Below are positions 27,788-37,270 of a stretch of DNA of 64,000 bases, one piece after another; positions within the stretch are counted from its first letter, which is position 1, and each line of letters begins with the position of its first letter. The position numbers were made by a program, and so were the translations under genes. Below the pieces are notes generated by a model. The model was not told the origin of the DNA, made no database searches, and saw only the letters and a program-made list of their open reading frames with translations. The stretch covers positions 1 through 64,000 of the IMG/VR virus record IMGVR_UViG_3300037808_000992. The stretch is one strand, 5' to 3'. This stretch comes from a virus.

Positions 27788-29257
27788 ATGTTACCCCAGA
27801 TTAGCTTGAAAGATTATGATGGGCTGAATGGCTTCGGATCGTCTACTATTGGTGACGTAAACGAGCTTACTAAAGCCCTTTCTGCCGGTTATCAGACTGC
27901 TGGTCAAACAGGCGGTTCAGCACTTCGTGTTGAGAGCCTTGAAGCCAGCCTGAAAGTCGTCACTTTTACAAACAGGCATATTAAACTTTGGAAGAAAATT
28001 CCGAAGAGCCCTGCCTACTCAACCGTTGAAGAGTTCAACGTACTCAGTGCCTATGGCAATACTGGGGCGTTTGGCTTTACCCGTGAGGGTGAGCTTCCGC
28101 AGACTCAAGACTCGACCTACACCCGTCAGACGGCACTGGTCAAGTTCATGGGTACAACTCGTTCAGTAACTCACCCCGCTACGTTGGTTAACCCCGCGCA
28201 CGGCGATGTGATTGCCCTGGAGAACCAAAATGGTATCTCTTGGCTGCTTGAGCGTGTTGAGGACAGCCTTTTCCACGGTAACTCTGGCCTTGCCTTTGAT
28301 GGTGAAGCAGAGCAGTGGGATGGTCTAGACGGCTTAATCGCTGCTGGTAACGTTGTTGACCTCGAAGGTCAGCCCTTACAAGAGGCAGACATTGAAGAGG
28401 CTTCTAACTTGGTAGTTGAGAGCTTCGGTTATCCCACGGATATGTTCCTGGGTACCCGCGCAATGAGCGACCTCGTGAAGACTTTCTATCCTCGTGAGCG
28501 TGTACACTTACCCGCTCCTTCGGATGGTAAGGTAGGTATGTCCATTACTTCGATGTCCACCCAAGCTGGCGACATTGAGTTCAACCCGGATGTATTCCTT
28601 CGCCAAGGTAAGCAACCGCCTGCTGCAGGCACGAGTGCAAACGCACCCGCTGCTCCAGCACAGGCTTTGACTGCCGTTGGTGCTACAACCGCTGCTGAGT
28701 GGGCTAAGTCTATTGGCGCGGCTCCTGCTGCTAACAATTTCTTTTGTTACGGAGTAACTGCTTGTAACCGATTTGGTGAGTCAGCACCTCGTTTGAGTGT
28801 GATTGCTGGTCCTTTGTCTAACGGTATCCAGCTTTCTCCAGCACAGGCTATTGCTGGTAACCCGATTACGGTTACTACCACTAACCCTGCTATTGTTGGT
28901 GCTAATCCCCCTGAGTATTTCATTATCTATCGTACTCGCCCTCAAGCGACTAATGCGATGGTTACTGACATGTCTCAGTACAGTGAGATTGCTCGTGTCC
29001 GGTGTACTACCCAAGCTGGTGGTGGTGTCAACGCAGTCTTTACTGATAACAACGCTATAATGCCTTTCACAGAGACTGCATACCTGGGCCAGTTGACACC
29101 TTCCGTGTTGACTTTCCGTCAGCTTGCTCCTCTGATGAAGATGGATCTTGCGGTGTTAGCTCCTGCGTATCGATGGATGGTGATGCTCTATGGCACGCCA
29201 ATCCTGTTTGCGCCTGCTAAGTGGATTCGATTAACTAATATCGGACGACTTGGTTAG
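27788..29257 (+). CDS. major capsid protein
   Basis: ELTKALSAGY...GGSALRVESLEASLK...KSPAYSTVEEF...REGELP, and C-terminal QLAPLMKMDLA...MLYGTPILFAPAKW..LTNIG: SPO1/Twort-like MCP motifs. AGGAG SD. Confidence 0.95.
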   Translation: MLPQISLKDYDGLNGFGSSTIGDVNELTKALSAGYQTAGQTGGSALRVESLEASLKVVTFTNRHIKLWKKIPKSPAYSTVEEFNVLSAYGNTGAFGFTREGELPQTQDSTYTRQTALVKFMGTTRSVTHPATLVNPAHGDVIALENQNGISWLLERVEDSLFHGNSGLAFDGEAEQWDGLDGLIAAGNVVDLEGQPLQEADIEEASNLVVESFGYPTDMFLGTRAMSDLVKTFYPRERVHLPAPSDGKVGMSITSMSTQAGDIEFNPDVFLRQGKQPPAAGTSANAPAAPAQALTAVGATTAAEWAKSIGAAPAANNFFCYGVTACNRFGESAPRLSVIAGPLSNGIQLSPAQAIAGNPITVTTTNPAIVGANPPEYFIIYRTRPQATNAMVTDMSQYSEIARVRCTTQAGGGVNAVFTDNNAIMPFTETAYLGQLTPSVLTFRQLAPLMKMDLAVLAPAYRWMVMLYGTPILFAPAKWIRLTNIGRLG

Positions 29258-29272
29258 AGCTAAGTGTACTTG

Positions 29273-29325
29273 GGATTACGTAAGTCTCTACAATTCTTTG
29301 AAGACGTAGAGACTTACGTGTATCC
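29273..29325 (+). terminator. strong stem-loop after the capsid gene (terminator or mRNA stabiliser/processing site)
   Basis: Perfect 14-bp inverted repeat ACGTAAGTCTCTAC (29278-29291) / GTAGAGACTTACGT (29306-29319), 14-nt loop, only a short T run after it. Confidence 0.6.
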
Positions 29326-29358
29326 TTTATCTGAAACGGTATATCAAAGGAGAATCTT

Positions 29359-29598
29359 ATGCCGGTTATGACCAAAGCCCAATATGCAGAGTGGGTAAAG
29401 CGCGTTAATGCTGGAAATAAGATCATTAAAGCAGAGGCTCCCGTTAAAAAAGAAGCCCCTAAAGTAAAGAAACCTGAAGTAGAGAAACCTGAAGAAGTAG
29501 CAACTCCGGTTGCTGAGCCCGAACTCAAGGAGAAGCCAAAAGCTGCTCCTAAAAAGGCTTCTACAAAGAAGTCTTCCTTTAAAAAGTCGAAGAAATAG
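29359..29598 (+). CDS. small Lys/Glu/Pro-rich protein, 79 aa
   Basis: AAGGAG SD; typical position after the MCP; IIKA motif. Confidence 0.75.
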   Translation: MPVMTKAQYAEWVKRVNAGNKIIKAEAPVKKEAPKVKKPEVEKPEEVATPVAEPELKEKPKAAPKKASTKKSSFKKSKK

Positions 29599-29607
29599 GA
29601 GAATACC

Positions 29608-30105
29608 ATGGCTTTACAGTCTAAAACTCTACTCAATGATCTAGGATCAGCCGTAGTTGCTGAAACTGTTTCCCAATTAAACCGCGCTTCGGGCATCGCT
29701 TCTTTAGCCCGAGAAACATTGGCCGCAGGGCCTAATAATCTAGATGGTTTTATTGCTGCTGAAGATATGTTTGTTACCAGTGTCACTGTGATGGCGGGTG
29801 GTGCTTGGATTGCTGCGGACACTTTAAGTGCTGTAAATGATACTGATGCAGATGGTACAGGCGGTGTAGTGGTAGCTACTGTTACTGGTCTTACGACTGC
29901 GGCAGATGAGGCAGTAACCTTGGCTGTTAATAGAACTATTGTGGCCGGTACGGCATTTACGGTTCGTATAGGTGTGGATGCCCTAAGTACTCTTGCGACG
30001 ACTGAAGCAATTGGCAGTGTAGATTACCGTCCTGTAAAAGATTCTCTTTCTTTGGAGCCCTCTTTTACACAAGCGATGTCGAACTTTAAATCGACTGCAC
30101 GATAG
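29608..30105 (+). CDS. putative capsid decoration/structural protein, 165 aa
   Basis: AGGAG SD; Ala/Thr/Val-rich beta pattern; position after the MCP. Confidence 0.65.
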   Translation: MALQSKTLLNDLGSAVVAETVSQLNRASGIASLARETLAAGPNNLDGFIAAEDMFVTSVTVMAGGAWIAADTLSAVNDTDADGTGGVVVATVTGLTTAADEAVTLAVNRTIVAGTAFTVRIGVDALSTLATTEAIGSVDYRPVKDSLSLEPSFTQAMSNFKSTAR

Positions 30106-30238
30106 AAATTGATGAAATCCTCTTTGAAATCCTCTTGTATCCTCTTGAAGCCTCAGTACAGACTTCTCTTTTAGTTTTCTCTTGATTCAGGGCTGCAATG
30201 GCCCGGTGAAATTACTGGTTTTTAAAAAGGTGGGATTT

Positions 30239-30691
30239 ATGCGTCCGGGTAGACCTATACAATTAACTCTAAGCATCGCTCATAATGCTGCTGCTGCAGA
30301 TCGTGTAGTATCGCTTGTTGATGCTAACAACACCGTTTTGGCTGATTTACATAACGGGGTGGTTAACATTCCTAAACATAAATTGGTGACCAATGCCCTT
30401 CCAGCCGCGCAAGCTCAGAATTTAGCCGGTCCTAATTGGAATGGTAATCCGATGCTTACGGGTCGTACTTACGACAGTCCACGCTCAGGGGGACGCACTA
30501 GAAGCATTTCTATTCGAAATATGCACACCGCTGATGATCTTCAAGTTAGTTTTGATAGAGGGGTCAACTTTTTTACTTTAGCGTTCGGTGAATCTTTTTC
30601 AGATGAGGTTTCTTTACAGTTTTTTCAAGTGAGAAGATCTACTTCGACCGCCGATCCCATGCTTGTCGAAATTCTGGCGATATTGGTATAG
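30239..30691 (+). CDS. putative structural protein
   Basis: ATG 30239 follows AAGGTGG, preferred over TTG 30182. C-terminal ISIRN...LQVSFDRG beta-sandwich pattern. Confidence 0.6.
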   Translation: MRPGRPIQLTLSIAHNAAAADRVVSLVDANNTVLADLHNGVVNIPKHKLVTNALPAAQAQNLAGPNWNGNPMLTGRTYDSPRSGGRTRSISIRNMHTADDLQVSFDRGVNFFTLAFGESFSDEVSLQFFQVRRSTSTADPMLVEILAILV

Positions 30692-30694
30692 CTC

Positions 30695-31624
30695 ATGGGA
30701 TTACCTAACGGCGTATTTGGAGCTACAGGATGGGTTGCTAGAGGCAGCGGCACCACCACTACTACAGTAGCAGATCCATTCCTAACCTTATTATCTCCTC
30801 CTAAATTAGGAGATATTGGAACTCAGACAGACTTCAAGTCATTTCTAGGTATTGAGGCAGCAAATGCCTTTGCTATAAATGTTGATGGGGTAAATGAATC
30901 TCTGACCACTCCCACTAATGCTGCATACGACTTCAATTATAACTCGACCTTCAGCATTTCTGCTTGGGTGAAGACGGGCAGTGCAGGTTGGAAAGGTATT
31001 CTGAAAAAAGCGCCTACGAGTGGTGTGGGCGGAACTTTTAAGGGGTATACCCTTGGCATCTACAATGGTCAGCTATTTTGCCAGCTAAACAGTAACTGGG
31101 GCGGTGGCATAGCCATGGCTGCATACACTTCTGGAGTCACTATACATGACAATACGTGGCACCAGGTAGCAGTGACGTTCGACGGCACAGGCACTTTCGC
31201 TGGTACTACTATGTACATCGACGGCGTGGATACTGCGATAGCTACATGGTCTTACGATACGCTAGGTACTAATTCAATACAGAACACTGAACCTCTACAG
31301 ATTGGGGTGTGGGCCATCAATGGTGTTGGAGATGCTTATTGGACTGGCGGACTCGACGAGGTTTCGATTTGGAACAAAGAGCTTGATACAGATGACATAG
31401 ACGAGATTTATGGCATTGGTAATCCAATACCGCTAAATGTACATGGATCTGCCGCTAACCTCGTTGGCTGGTGGCGTATGGGTGATGGTGATGATGGCGC
31501 AGGAGTAATGGATAGCTCTGACAGTAGTGACGCTTCAGCCAGAGTGTATGACATGAGTACTAATAGTAACAATCTTACCCCAGTAAACACTGAATACGAT
31601 GACATCGGTCCCGATGTACCTTAA
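30695..31624 (+). CDS. LamG/concanavalin A-like domain virion protein
   Basis: FSISAWVK...DNTWHQVAVTFDG...MYIDG...LQIG...WTGGLDEVSIWNKEL...LVGWWRMGD. Confidence 0.88.
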   Translation: MGLPNGVFGATGWVARGSGTTTTTVADPFLTLLSPPKLGDIGTQTDFKSFLGIEAANAFAINVDGVNESLTTPTNAAYDFNYNSTFSISAWVKTGSAGWKGILKKAPTSGVGGTFKGYTLGIYNGQLFCQLNSNWGGGIAMAAYTSGVTIHDNTWHQVAVTFDGTGTFAGTTMYIDGVDTAIATWSYDTLGTNSIQNTEPLQIGVWAINGVGDAYWTGGLDEVSIWNKELDTDDIDEIYGIGNPIPLNVHGSAANLVGWWRMGDGDDGAGVMDSSDSSDASARVYDMSTNSNNLTPVNTEYDDIGPDVP

Positions 31625-31638
31625 TAGGAGAATTTGAA

Positions 31639-32586
31639 ATGGCTGAAAAGCACAAGATTTATAGTGCAGGATCTGGTTACTGGCGAGATTTTCTCTGGTC
31701 CGTTTATGACTTCGTAGCCAATCAGCAAACAGGAATTGTCCGCTTTGTAAATAATGGTGGTACAGATGCGATCAACAGCGGAAGTGGTTTCATTACACCA
31801 ACTGCTGCAACCGATTTCGGGGCTGGCTCTTATATTGTCATTGAGCCTGTAACCGCTTCACAAGGTGGGACTCGTTGGCAAGTCAAGTTTTTGGCTGAGA
31901 CGAATGCAGCAAGTGGTAATGTAAATTACGGTAAAGTCCAAATGAGTTTTAGTGGGGGTTGGGATAATGCTATGGAGACTTTTAATGTCTCAACAGCAGT
32001 AACCGATGCAGAGTTAATTGCGTCTTGGTCGATTACGGCAGCAGACAGTTTCTATCTCTCATGTTCAAATAGTGACACGTTCACAAATGGTGCTGGGTCA
32101 CAAAGTTATAGCTATTTTCGAGCTTTAATTTGGGATCAAGATGCTGCTGAAAATTCAAAGCTTATGGGTAGTTATGCCGGTGGCTATATTCCGGTTGATA
32201 GTGATTCCAACACTAAACCTGCAGTTTTGATGTGTCGTTATGCTCAAGTATTGGATGCTGGAGCAAGTTGGGGAGATAGAACAACTACCGAAGATTACTG
32301 CTTACTTCCTGGTGATTACGAACATAGTGGGGCGGCTGGAGTAAATGCGGGGTTTGCTGGTACAGGTGATACAACGGGCGCTATCTACTTCTCATCGAGT
32401 CCCGATGGTTCGTGGGCAAACGCACCAATGATATTAAGTGACAATACTGCGAATCGAACTGTAGGGGCCTTTGGTAAGTTTTCCATGTTTCATGGCCATT
32501 CAGATCGTGCAGACGGTGCTACAGATGCAAATTTAGAGTACATGGTTTCACAAGCTATTATGCTTCGCTGGAAGCCCAGTGCTTAG
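31639..32586 (+). CDS. hypothetical (probably virion) protein, 315 aa
   Basis: AGGAG SD; Gly/Ser/Ala/Thr-rich. Confidence 0.7.
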   Translation: MAEKHKIYSAGSGYWRDFLWSVYDFVANQQTGIVRFVNNGGTDAINSGSGFITPTAATDFGAGSYIVIEPVTASQGGTRWQVKFLAETNAASGNVNYGKVQMSFSGGWDNAMETFNVSTAVTDAELIASWSITAADSFYLSCSNSDTFTNGAGSQSYSYFRALIWDQDAAENSKLMGSYAGGYIPVDSDSNTKPAVLMCRYAQVLDAGASWGDRTTTEDYCLLPGDYEHSGAAGVNAGFAGTGDTTGAIYFSSSPDGSWANAPMILSDNTANRTVGAFGKFSMFHGHSDRADGATDANLEYMVSQAIMLRWKPSA

Positions 32587-32661
32587 GTGTTGAGTTTTTA
32601 ACGATGGTGTCTTTTTTGGGCATCGGTGGTAATTTAGAGTTGCAGAAGAGGGTAATATATC

Positions 32662-33009
32662 GTGTCTGAGCCAGTAACATTTTGGGCCAAGGTGAAGGAT
32701 AATTGGGGTGTTATAGTTAGTTTATCAGCCCTCTTTGCTGGGATCATTAGTCAGATTATTATTGTAGCTAATGCTGTCGCCGTTACGAACATAGCTATTG
32801 AAGACAACAAACAACGTCTCCAAGAGGTTAAAATAACAGCAAAAGAGCATATGACCTCTGAAACGGGGCATACTAAAGTAGCTGAGCGCCTTATTAAGGT
32901 CGAAACAGAAGTGAAGCACATTAATACAACTCAAACTGTGAATTTTAGCGAGATCAAAGATCAGCTTAAAATAATTCAACAGGATGTGAAGGTGATGCGG
33001 GGTAGATAG
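32662..33009 (+). CDS. single-TM coiled-coil membrane protein (holin/XhlA-like candidate)
   Basis: Hydrophobic WGVIVSLSALFAGIISQIIIVANAV followed by a heptad-rich region. Confidence 0.55.
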   Translation: MSEPVTFWAKVKDNWGVIVSLSALFAGIISQIIIVANAVAVTNIAIEDNKQRLQEVKITAKEHMTSETGHTKVAERLIKVETEVKHINTTQTVNFSEIKDQLKIIQQDVKVMRGR

Positions 33010-34091
33010 TGGGAACCACTGTACAGGTTGAGCAAGGTCGTTGGAGTTTTTTAGACGCTAGACTTTTAAATGCGGGCTCTCCGGTCAACAACGTACTAGA
33101 CCGCCAAATTAAAGTTGCCTATAAAAAGTATGGTGCCTATTCCTTCCTTGTGAAGCCCATTAATGACGCACAAACCCTTTTAAAAGGCGGTGGTGCAGCC
33201 ATCGGCGCGACGACGATTACCGTAGAGGACTCATCCATTTTCCCGCGCACCACAGGCACTCTTGTTATAGATGCCGGGGGCGCACCTGAGATGATTGATT
33301 TCACATCAAACAATTCAGCTACACCAGGAACCCTTACTGTACCTTCGGGAATAACGGCGACTCATGTAGCCGATGTTACCGTTGACTTTTCTTACACAAC
33401 AGAACTCACCTCAGATGCACTTACCGGCGCTACTAAACTTTATGTCGAGGATACGTCTTTATTCCCGCCCGATTTTGGGATGATTAAAATCTTTAATGTA
33501 AGTTCGTCAGAAGTGATAGAGATCTCTTCAGTTCTTACAGCTACTAAAGAAATTACATTGGCAACACCCCTTACGGCAGTGGCAGGATTTTCTGCAGGGG
33601 ATAAAGTGGCATTAGTGGAGTGGTACGAAGTAGATACTAATAGTCCCGGTGGTTACTATTCATTACTTTTGTCGCCTACAGAGCTTAGTGCTTTAGACAG
33701 TTTTCTTTATACGATTGATGTATATTCCCTCGCAGCCGTCCCTGCTGTATTTGGTGAGTTTGATCGGACGGTAGATGTAATTAAGGCTACCTCAGCGGAG
33801 ACAGAGAGTCCTCCAACGTTAAGTACCTGCATACTGAAAGATAACATAGTGGATCTGGCTGGGAATCCGGTTCAAAATATTTCTGTTTCAGCACGCATGT
33901 TATCGGTACCCAGGATTGCTCAAGGGGCTGGAGTAGAAGACTTAGTGGTTACGTCAACCACTGATGCAAATGGATTTTTTCAACTAACAGTGTTGCAAGG
34001 GGCTACCGTTGATATTGTTATACCTAAGGTTGGTTATAGACGAACCTTAGTGGTGCCCGGTACTACGTCTGCAAACTTGTTTGAGGTGTAA
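33009..34091 (+). CDS. structural protein with two repeated beta-modules and a C-terminal prealbumin/carboxypeptidase-regulatory-like domain
   Basis: GATTITVEDSSIFP / GATKLYVEDTSLFP repeats; IVDLAGNPVQN...TTDANGFFQLTVLQG. Confidence 0.65.
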   Translation: MGTTVQVEQGRWSFLDARLLNAGSPVNNVLDRQIKVAYKKYGAYSFLVKPINDAQTLLKGGGAAIGATTITVEDSSIFPRTTGTLVIDAGGAPEMIDFTSNNSATPGTLTVPSGITATHVADVTVDFSYTTELTSDALTGATKLYVEDTSLFPPDFGMIKIFNVSSSEVIEISSVLTATKEITLATPLTAVAGFSAGDKVALVEWYEVDTNSPGGYYSLLLSPTELSALDSFLYTIDVYSLAAVPAVFGEFDRTVDVIKATSAETESPPTLSTCILKDNIVDLAGNPVQNISVSARMLSVPRIAQGAGVEDLVVTSTTDANGFFQLTVLQGATVDIVIPKVGYRRTLVVPGTTSANLFEV

Positions 34092-34093
34092 TT

Positions 34094-35572
34094 ATGGCGA
34101 TTACTGCTGTAAACACTGCTGTCGCTGATAAAGATGAGTACAGCAAGTTTGAAGTTAATAACGCAATAATCCGCGTTGAAGTATCTGCTACAGGTGTTCG
34201 TTTAGGCGGGGATACTGCCGGTACGATGTCTTTGACGGCTGAGTTGGTTAAGGGGCGTCGCAATAGAGATGTCGTTGTTGCAACGACTACAGTAGATTTA
34301 AACGCTTATTTTAATTTATCGATAAACGATCCTATACCCCCTACTCCCAGTATTTATATGTATATAGATACCAGGGATGCTTTGTCGGCTGATCTAATTA
34401 ATTTAATTCGTCGTGGGGAATACTACGTCAAAGTTTACCAAACTGCTGATGACAAAGTTACGCCAGCTTTAGTTGCTGACACAGATGATTTTTATATAAG
34501 TGTTATTACGGTCAATAGAATGCGCACTGACTGGGTGTTCGGTATTGATTTACAAGCTTCAGATATACGCGCTACAAAGCAGAACCCTCGTCAAATAACC
34601 GGCGTCTCTATTAAAGAGGTGAGTAGGAACCATAGGTTGGCGTGGTTTCCTATGAAATACGGGGTGGAGTCTTCGGGATTAAGATTTTTATCCTGGGATA
34701 ACGGTCGTTTAATCCCTTTGAGTCCGATGTATTCTGAGTACATGCTTCCTGCTAGTGGTCCGGGGGCTGAGTACGTTGTTGTTAAAATTGACTACAATGC
34801 ACTTCCTGCAAGCTCCGTTGCTGAAGAACTCTTTATCGAAGAAGATCGAATTACGGATGTTACTCTTCGTCGCTACATTAATGATTCTATAGATCATGTA
34901 GAAAATACACTTCTTCAAGTGTACGTAGAGCCCACTCAAATCGTTACAGATATTGACCCTTCCCAACTTACCTTCTCTGGGAACGGCGGCGCTCTAGTTA
35001 TTAACTCAGACTATGATTTTATTAAAAATCCAATATCGTTCTATCCTAGAAATGCAGGTCAGTGGATAGATATCCACTTCCCGTATCCTAGTTTATTGCG
35101 GGTAGATCAACTCTACGGTGCGGTTGCCAACACTAGAGTGGTCCAGATCAACAACGAGTGGATTGAGATTGCGTCCCAAAGTGGTTATGCCCAGCTTGTA
35201 CCTTTTAATACACAGGTGGCTTTTGACTTCATGGGGTTGATTTGGGTTGAGGCATTACGAAGCGCAACCCCCATTCCTAACTTCTGGCATTATAACTTGT
35301 TAGCCGGTCTTAGGGATTGCCCTGGCGATATTTTAGAGCTTACAGGTCGTCATGCTGCCATTCCTATTTTAACGTCTGCTGGTGCTGCCTTTAGGGGTGG
35401 TTATAGTTCTCAATCTATTTCCAGAGATGGTGTGTCTGAAAGTGTGAGCTACACGTCTTCGGCTATTTACGGTGTCTACAGTGCGAGTATTGAAGATTAC
35501 CGTAATTGGATACGAGAAAACTTACCTGCGATTCGTAATAGGTATCGCGGCCCTCAGATGCTTGCGCTATGA
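34094..35572 (+). CDS. head-tail adaptor/neck protein
   Basis: C-terminal GGYSSQSISRDGVSESVSYTSSAIYGVYSASI resembles the Twort/SPO1-like neck protein motif; position fits. Confidence 0.75.
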   Translation: MAITAVNTAVADKDEYSKFEVNNAIIRVEVSATGVRLGGDTAGTMSLTAELVKGRRNRDVVVATTTVDLNAYFNLSINDPIPPTPSIYMYIDTRDALSADLINLIRRGEYYVKVYQTADDKVTPALVADTDDFYISVITVNRMRTDWVFGIDLQASDIRATKQNPRQITGVSIKEVSRNHRLAWFPMKYGVESSGLRFLSWDNGRLIPLSPMYSEYMLPASGPGAEYVVVKIDYNALPASSVAEELFIEEDRITDVTLRRYINDSIDHVENTLLQVYVEPTQIVTDIDPSQLTFSGNGGALVINSDYDFIKNPISFYPRNAGQWIDIHFPYPSLLRVDQLYGAVANTRVVQINNEWIEIASQSGYAQLVPFNTQVAFDFMGLIWVEALRSATPIPNFWHYNLLAGLRDCPGDILELTGRHAAIPILTSAGAAFRGGYSSQSISRDGVSESVSYTSSAIYGVYSASIEDYRNWIRENLPAIRNRYRGPQMLAL

Positions 35573-36357
35573 GTGATAAAAGTCTCGGCTTAGTCTCTCG
35601 CAGGCTCAATATACAGACAGGCTTGGGCGTTGATTACTCAGATAATCACAAGTTCCAAGATGGGTTAATCAATAACCGTGGTCAGGTCGTTATCCATGAG
35701 ATTGGTGTAGCGTGTACTTGTAGGGGCGGTGATCGCTCTGATCCTGTTGTAGGCGCAAGTGGAAAGCTTAATTGTAGACGTTGTGAAAATGGCATTTTGT
35801 TCCGCCAACCCAGACAGATCATGGGACTTATTGTAGGTATTGGCTACGGACGGCAGTTGTCTGAGGTTGGGTTTTTAAGTCCTGGTGATTGCTTGCTTTC
35901 AGTTTCTCCTAACTTAGCAGAACCTCCTGCTGATTTTGATAAGATTACCTTTACATGGCCCGAGAACATTAACGACGGGCAAGTAATTGTGCGCGGTGTG
36001 GAGTCCGTTAACAACGACTCACTAGGACCCAATGAGGATCGCCTTCACTATGTCGCGGCAAAAGCCCTTCATGTAGAGGATGAGGATGGGGTGGTCTACG
36101 ACGAAGGCGCGGACTTTTATTTTGACGCCCGTAAAATCATTTGGACGAATCCTCCTGAGACAGAGAAGCGATATAGTATTAAGTACATGGCTTATTTGGA
36201 GTGGATTGTTTTTACCTCTCCGACATCACGCAGGGACAAAGATGGCTCTTTAGGGTATCGGATTGGCTTGCGTAAGAAACATGCTGTTAATTTAAGAAAT
36301 CCCATTGATGAAAGTATCGAAGAGAAATTAGAGTTTAATTCGAGGGTTAGCGCGTAA
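35569..36357 (+). CDS. head closure/neck protein
   Basis: ACTC...CRRCENG motif and RYSIKY; ATGA coupling; same order as Twort-like necks. Confidence 0.7.
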   Translation: MSDKSLGLVSRRLNIQTGLGVDYSDNHKFQDGLINNRGQVVIHEIGVACTCRGGDRSDPVVGASGKLNCRRCENGILFRQPRQIMGLIVGIGYGRQLSEVGFLSPGDCLLSVSPNLAEPPADFDKITFTWPENINDGQVIVRGVESVNNDSLGPNEDRLHYVAAKALHVEDEDGVVYDEGADFYFDARKIIWTNPPETEKRYSIKYMAYLEWIVFTSPTSRRDKDGSLGYRIGLRKKHAVNLRNPIDESIEEKLEFNSRVSA

Positions 36358-36524
36358 TGGTACAAGTCGTTAAACCATTTGAATTGACGTGCAAGGTATG
36401 CGGGGAGAAGAGCGTTAAGCGTTGGCGTGTGTCGTTTTGCAGTAAGGAATGTAAATTACAGTGGCACAGAACATTTCTTATGCCTCCAGAAGATCAATCA
36501 CCCGTGTTTGTGTTTAATAAATAA
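36357..36524 (+). CDS. 55-aa treble-clef-type zinc-finger protein (below ORF-track cutoff)
   Basis: MVQVVKPFELTCKVCGEKSVKRWRVSFCSKECKLQWHRTFL...; CxxC...FCSxxC; TAATG coupling at both ends. Confidence 0.75.
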   Translation: MVQVVKPFELTCKVCGEKSVKRWRVSFCSKECKLQWHRTFLMPPEDQSPVFVFNK

Positions 36525-37270
36525 TGTCAGAACTCATACAACTCATACCTCCTGATAAGCTGAAAGAATACACTGTATTTGATAAGCCCTATTTTGAGAT
36601 GCAGGTTAAGGCCCGAAGCATGGCGCTCATTGCTGCCGCTATGGACTACTGGGTTACCTTAGTAAAGAGTGAGTTTAGTAATTCTACACAAGAGCGTTAT
36701 TTAGAAAGTGCGTATTGGTCTGAGCACGGTGACAGGGTTGAATTAGGTGTAATGCCTGACACGTTGGCCGATCTTTTAGAATTTGGTCAAGACAGTTGGG
36801 ACATGACTCGTACCCTCTTGCGCGGAAAAGCTAAGGCGGTTATTCCCCTAGATGTCTTTAAAGGTCAAAAGCGTGGGGAAAGAGGAACTACTCACGACGG
36901 TGAGCGCCCCGCCGACGTTACCACCACTTCCCACAGAACAGCCTTTAATGCGTCCATAGCATCCTTAAAAGGCGTTATTGACGATATGCCCCCTGACGAA
37001 GCCTATACCGAGATCCAATCAGGGGTTTTGGGCATGTTTTCTCGAACATCAGCTAATACAACAATGCGACCTAAGAATGTAGATAAGGTTTATTACAAAG
37101 GGACTGGGGCTTCAGCAGCCACCCTTACCCCCGCATCTACCTGGAGACATCCTGGTATTCGAGCCCGCTTATTGGGTAACGCTGTAACTGAGTTTATTAA
37201 ACTGAATAGAGATTCATTTATTGAGGATTTATTCAGTGATAACGGACAAACCCAGGTGGATTTAAAATGA
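36524..37270 (+). CDS. neck/tail completion protein
   Basis: LLEFGQDSWDM and WRHPGIRAR motifs; position between head closure and tail terminator. Confidence 0.65.
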   Translation: MSELIQLIPPDKLKEYTVFDKPYFEMQVKARSMALIAAAMDYWVTLVKSEFSNSTQERYLESAYWSEHGDRVELGVMPDTLADLLEFGQDSWDMTRTLLRGKAKAVIPLDVFKGQKRGERGTTHDGERPADVTTTSHRTAFNASIASLKGVIDDMPPDEAYTEIQSGVLGMFSRTSANTTMRPKNVDKVYYKGTGASAATLTPASTWRHPGIRARLLGNAVTEFIKLNRDSFIEDLFSDNGQTQVDLK

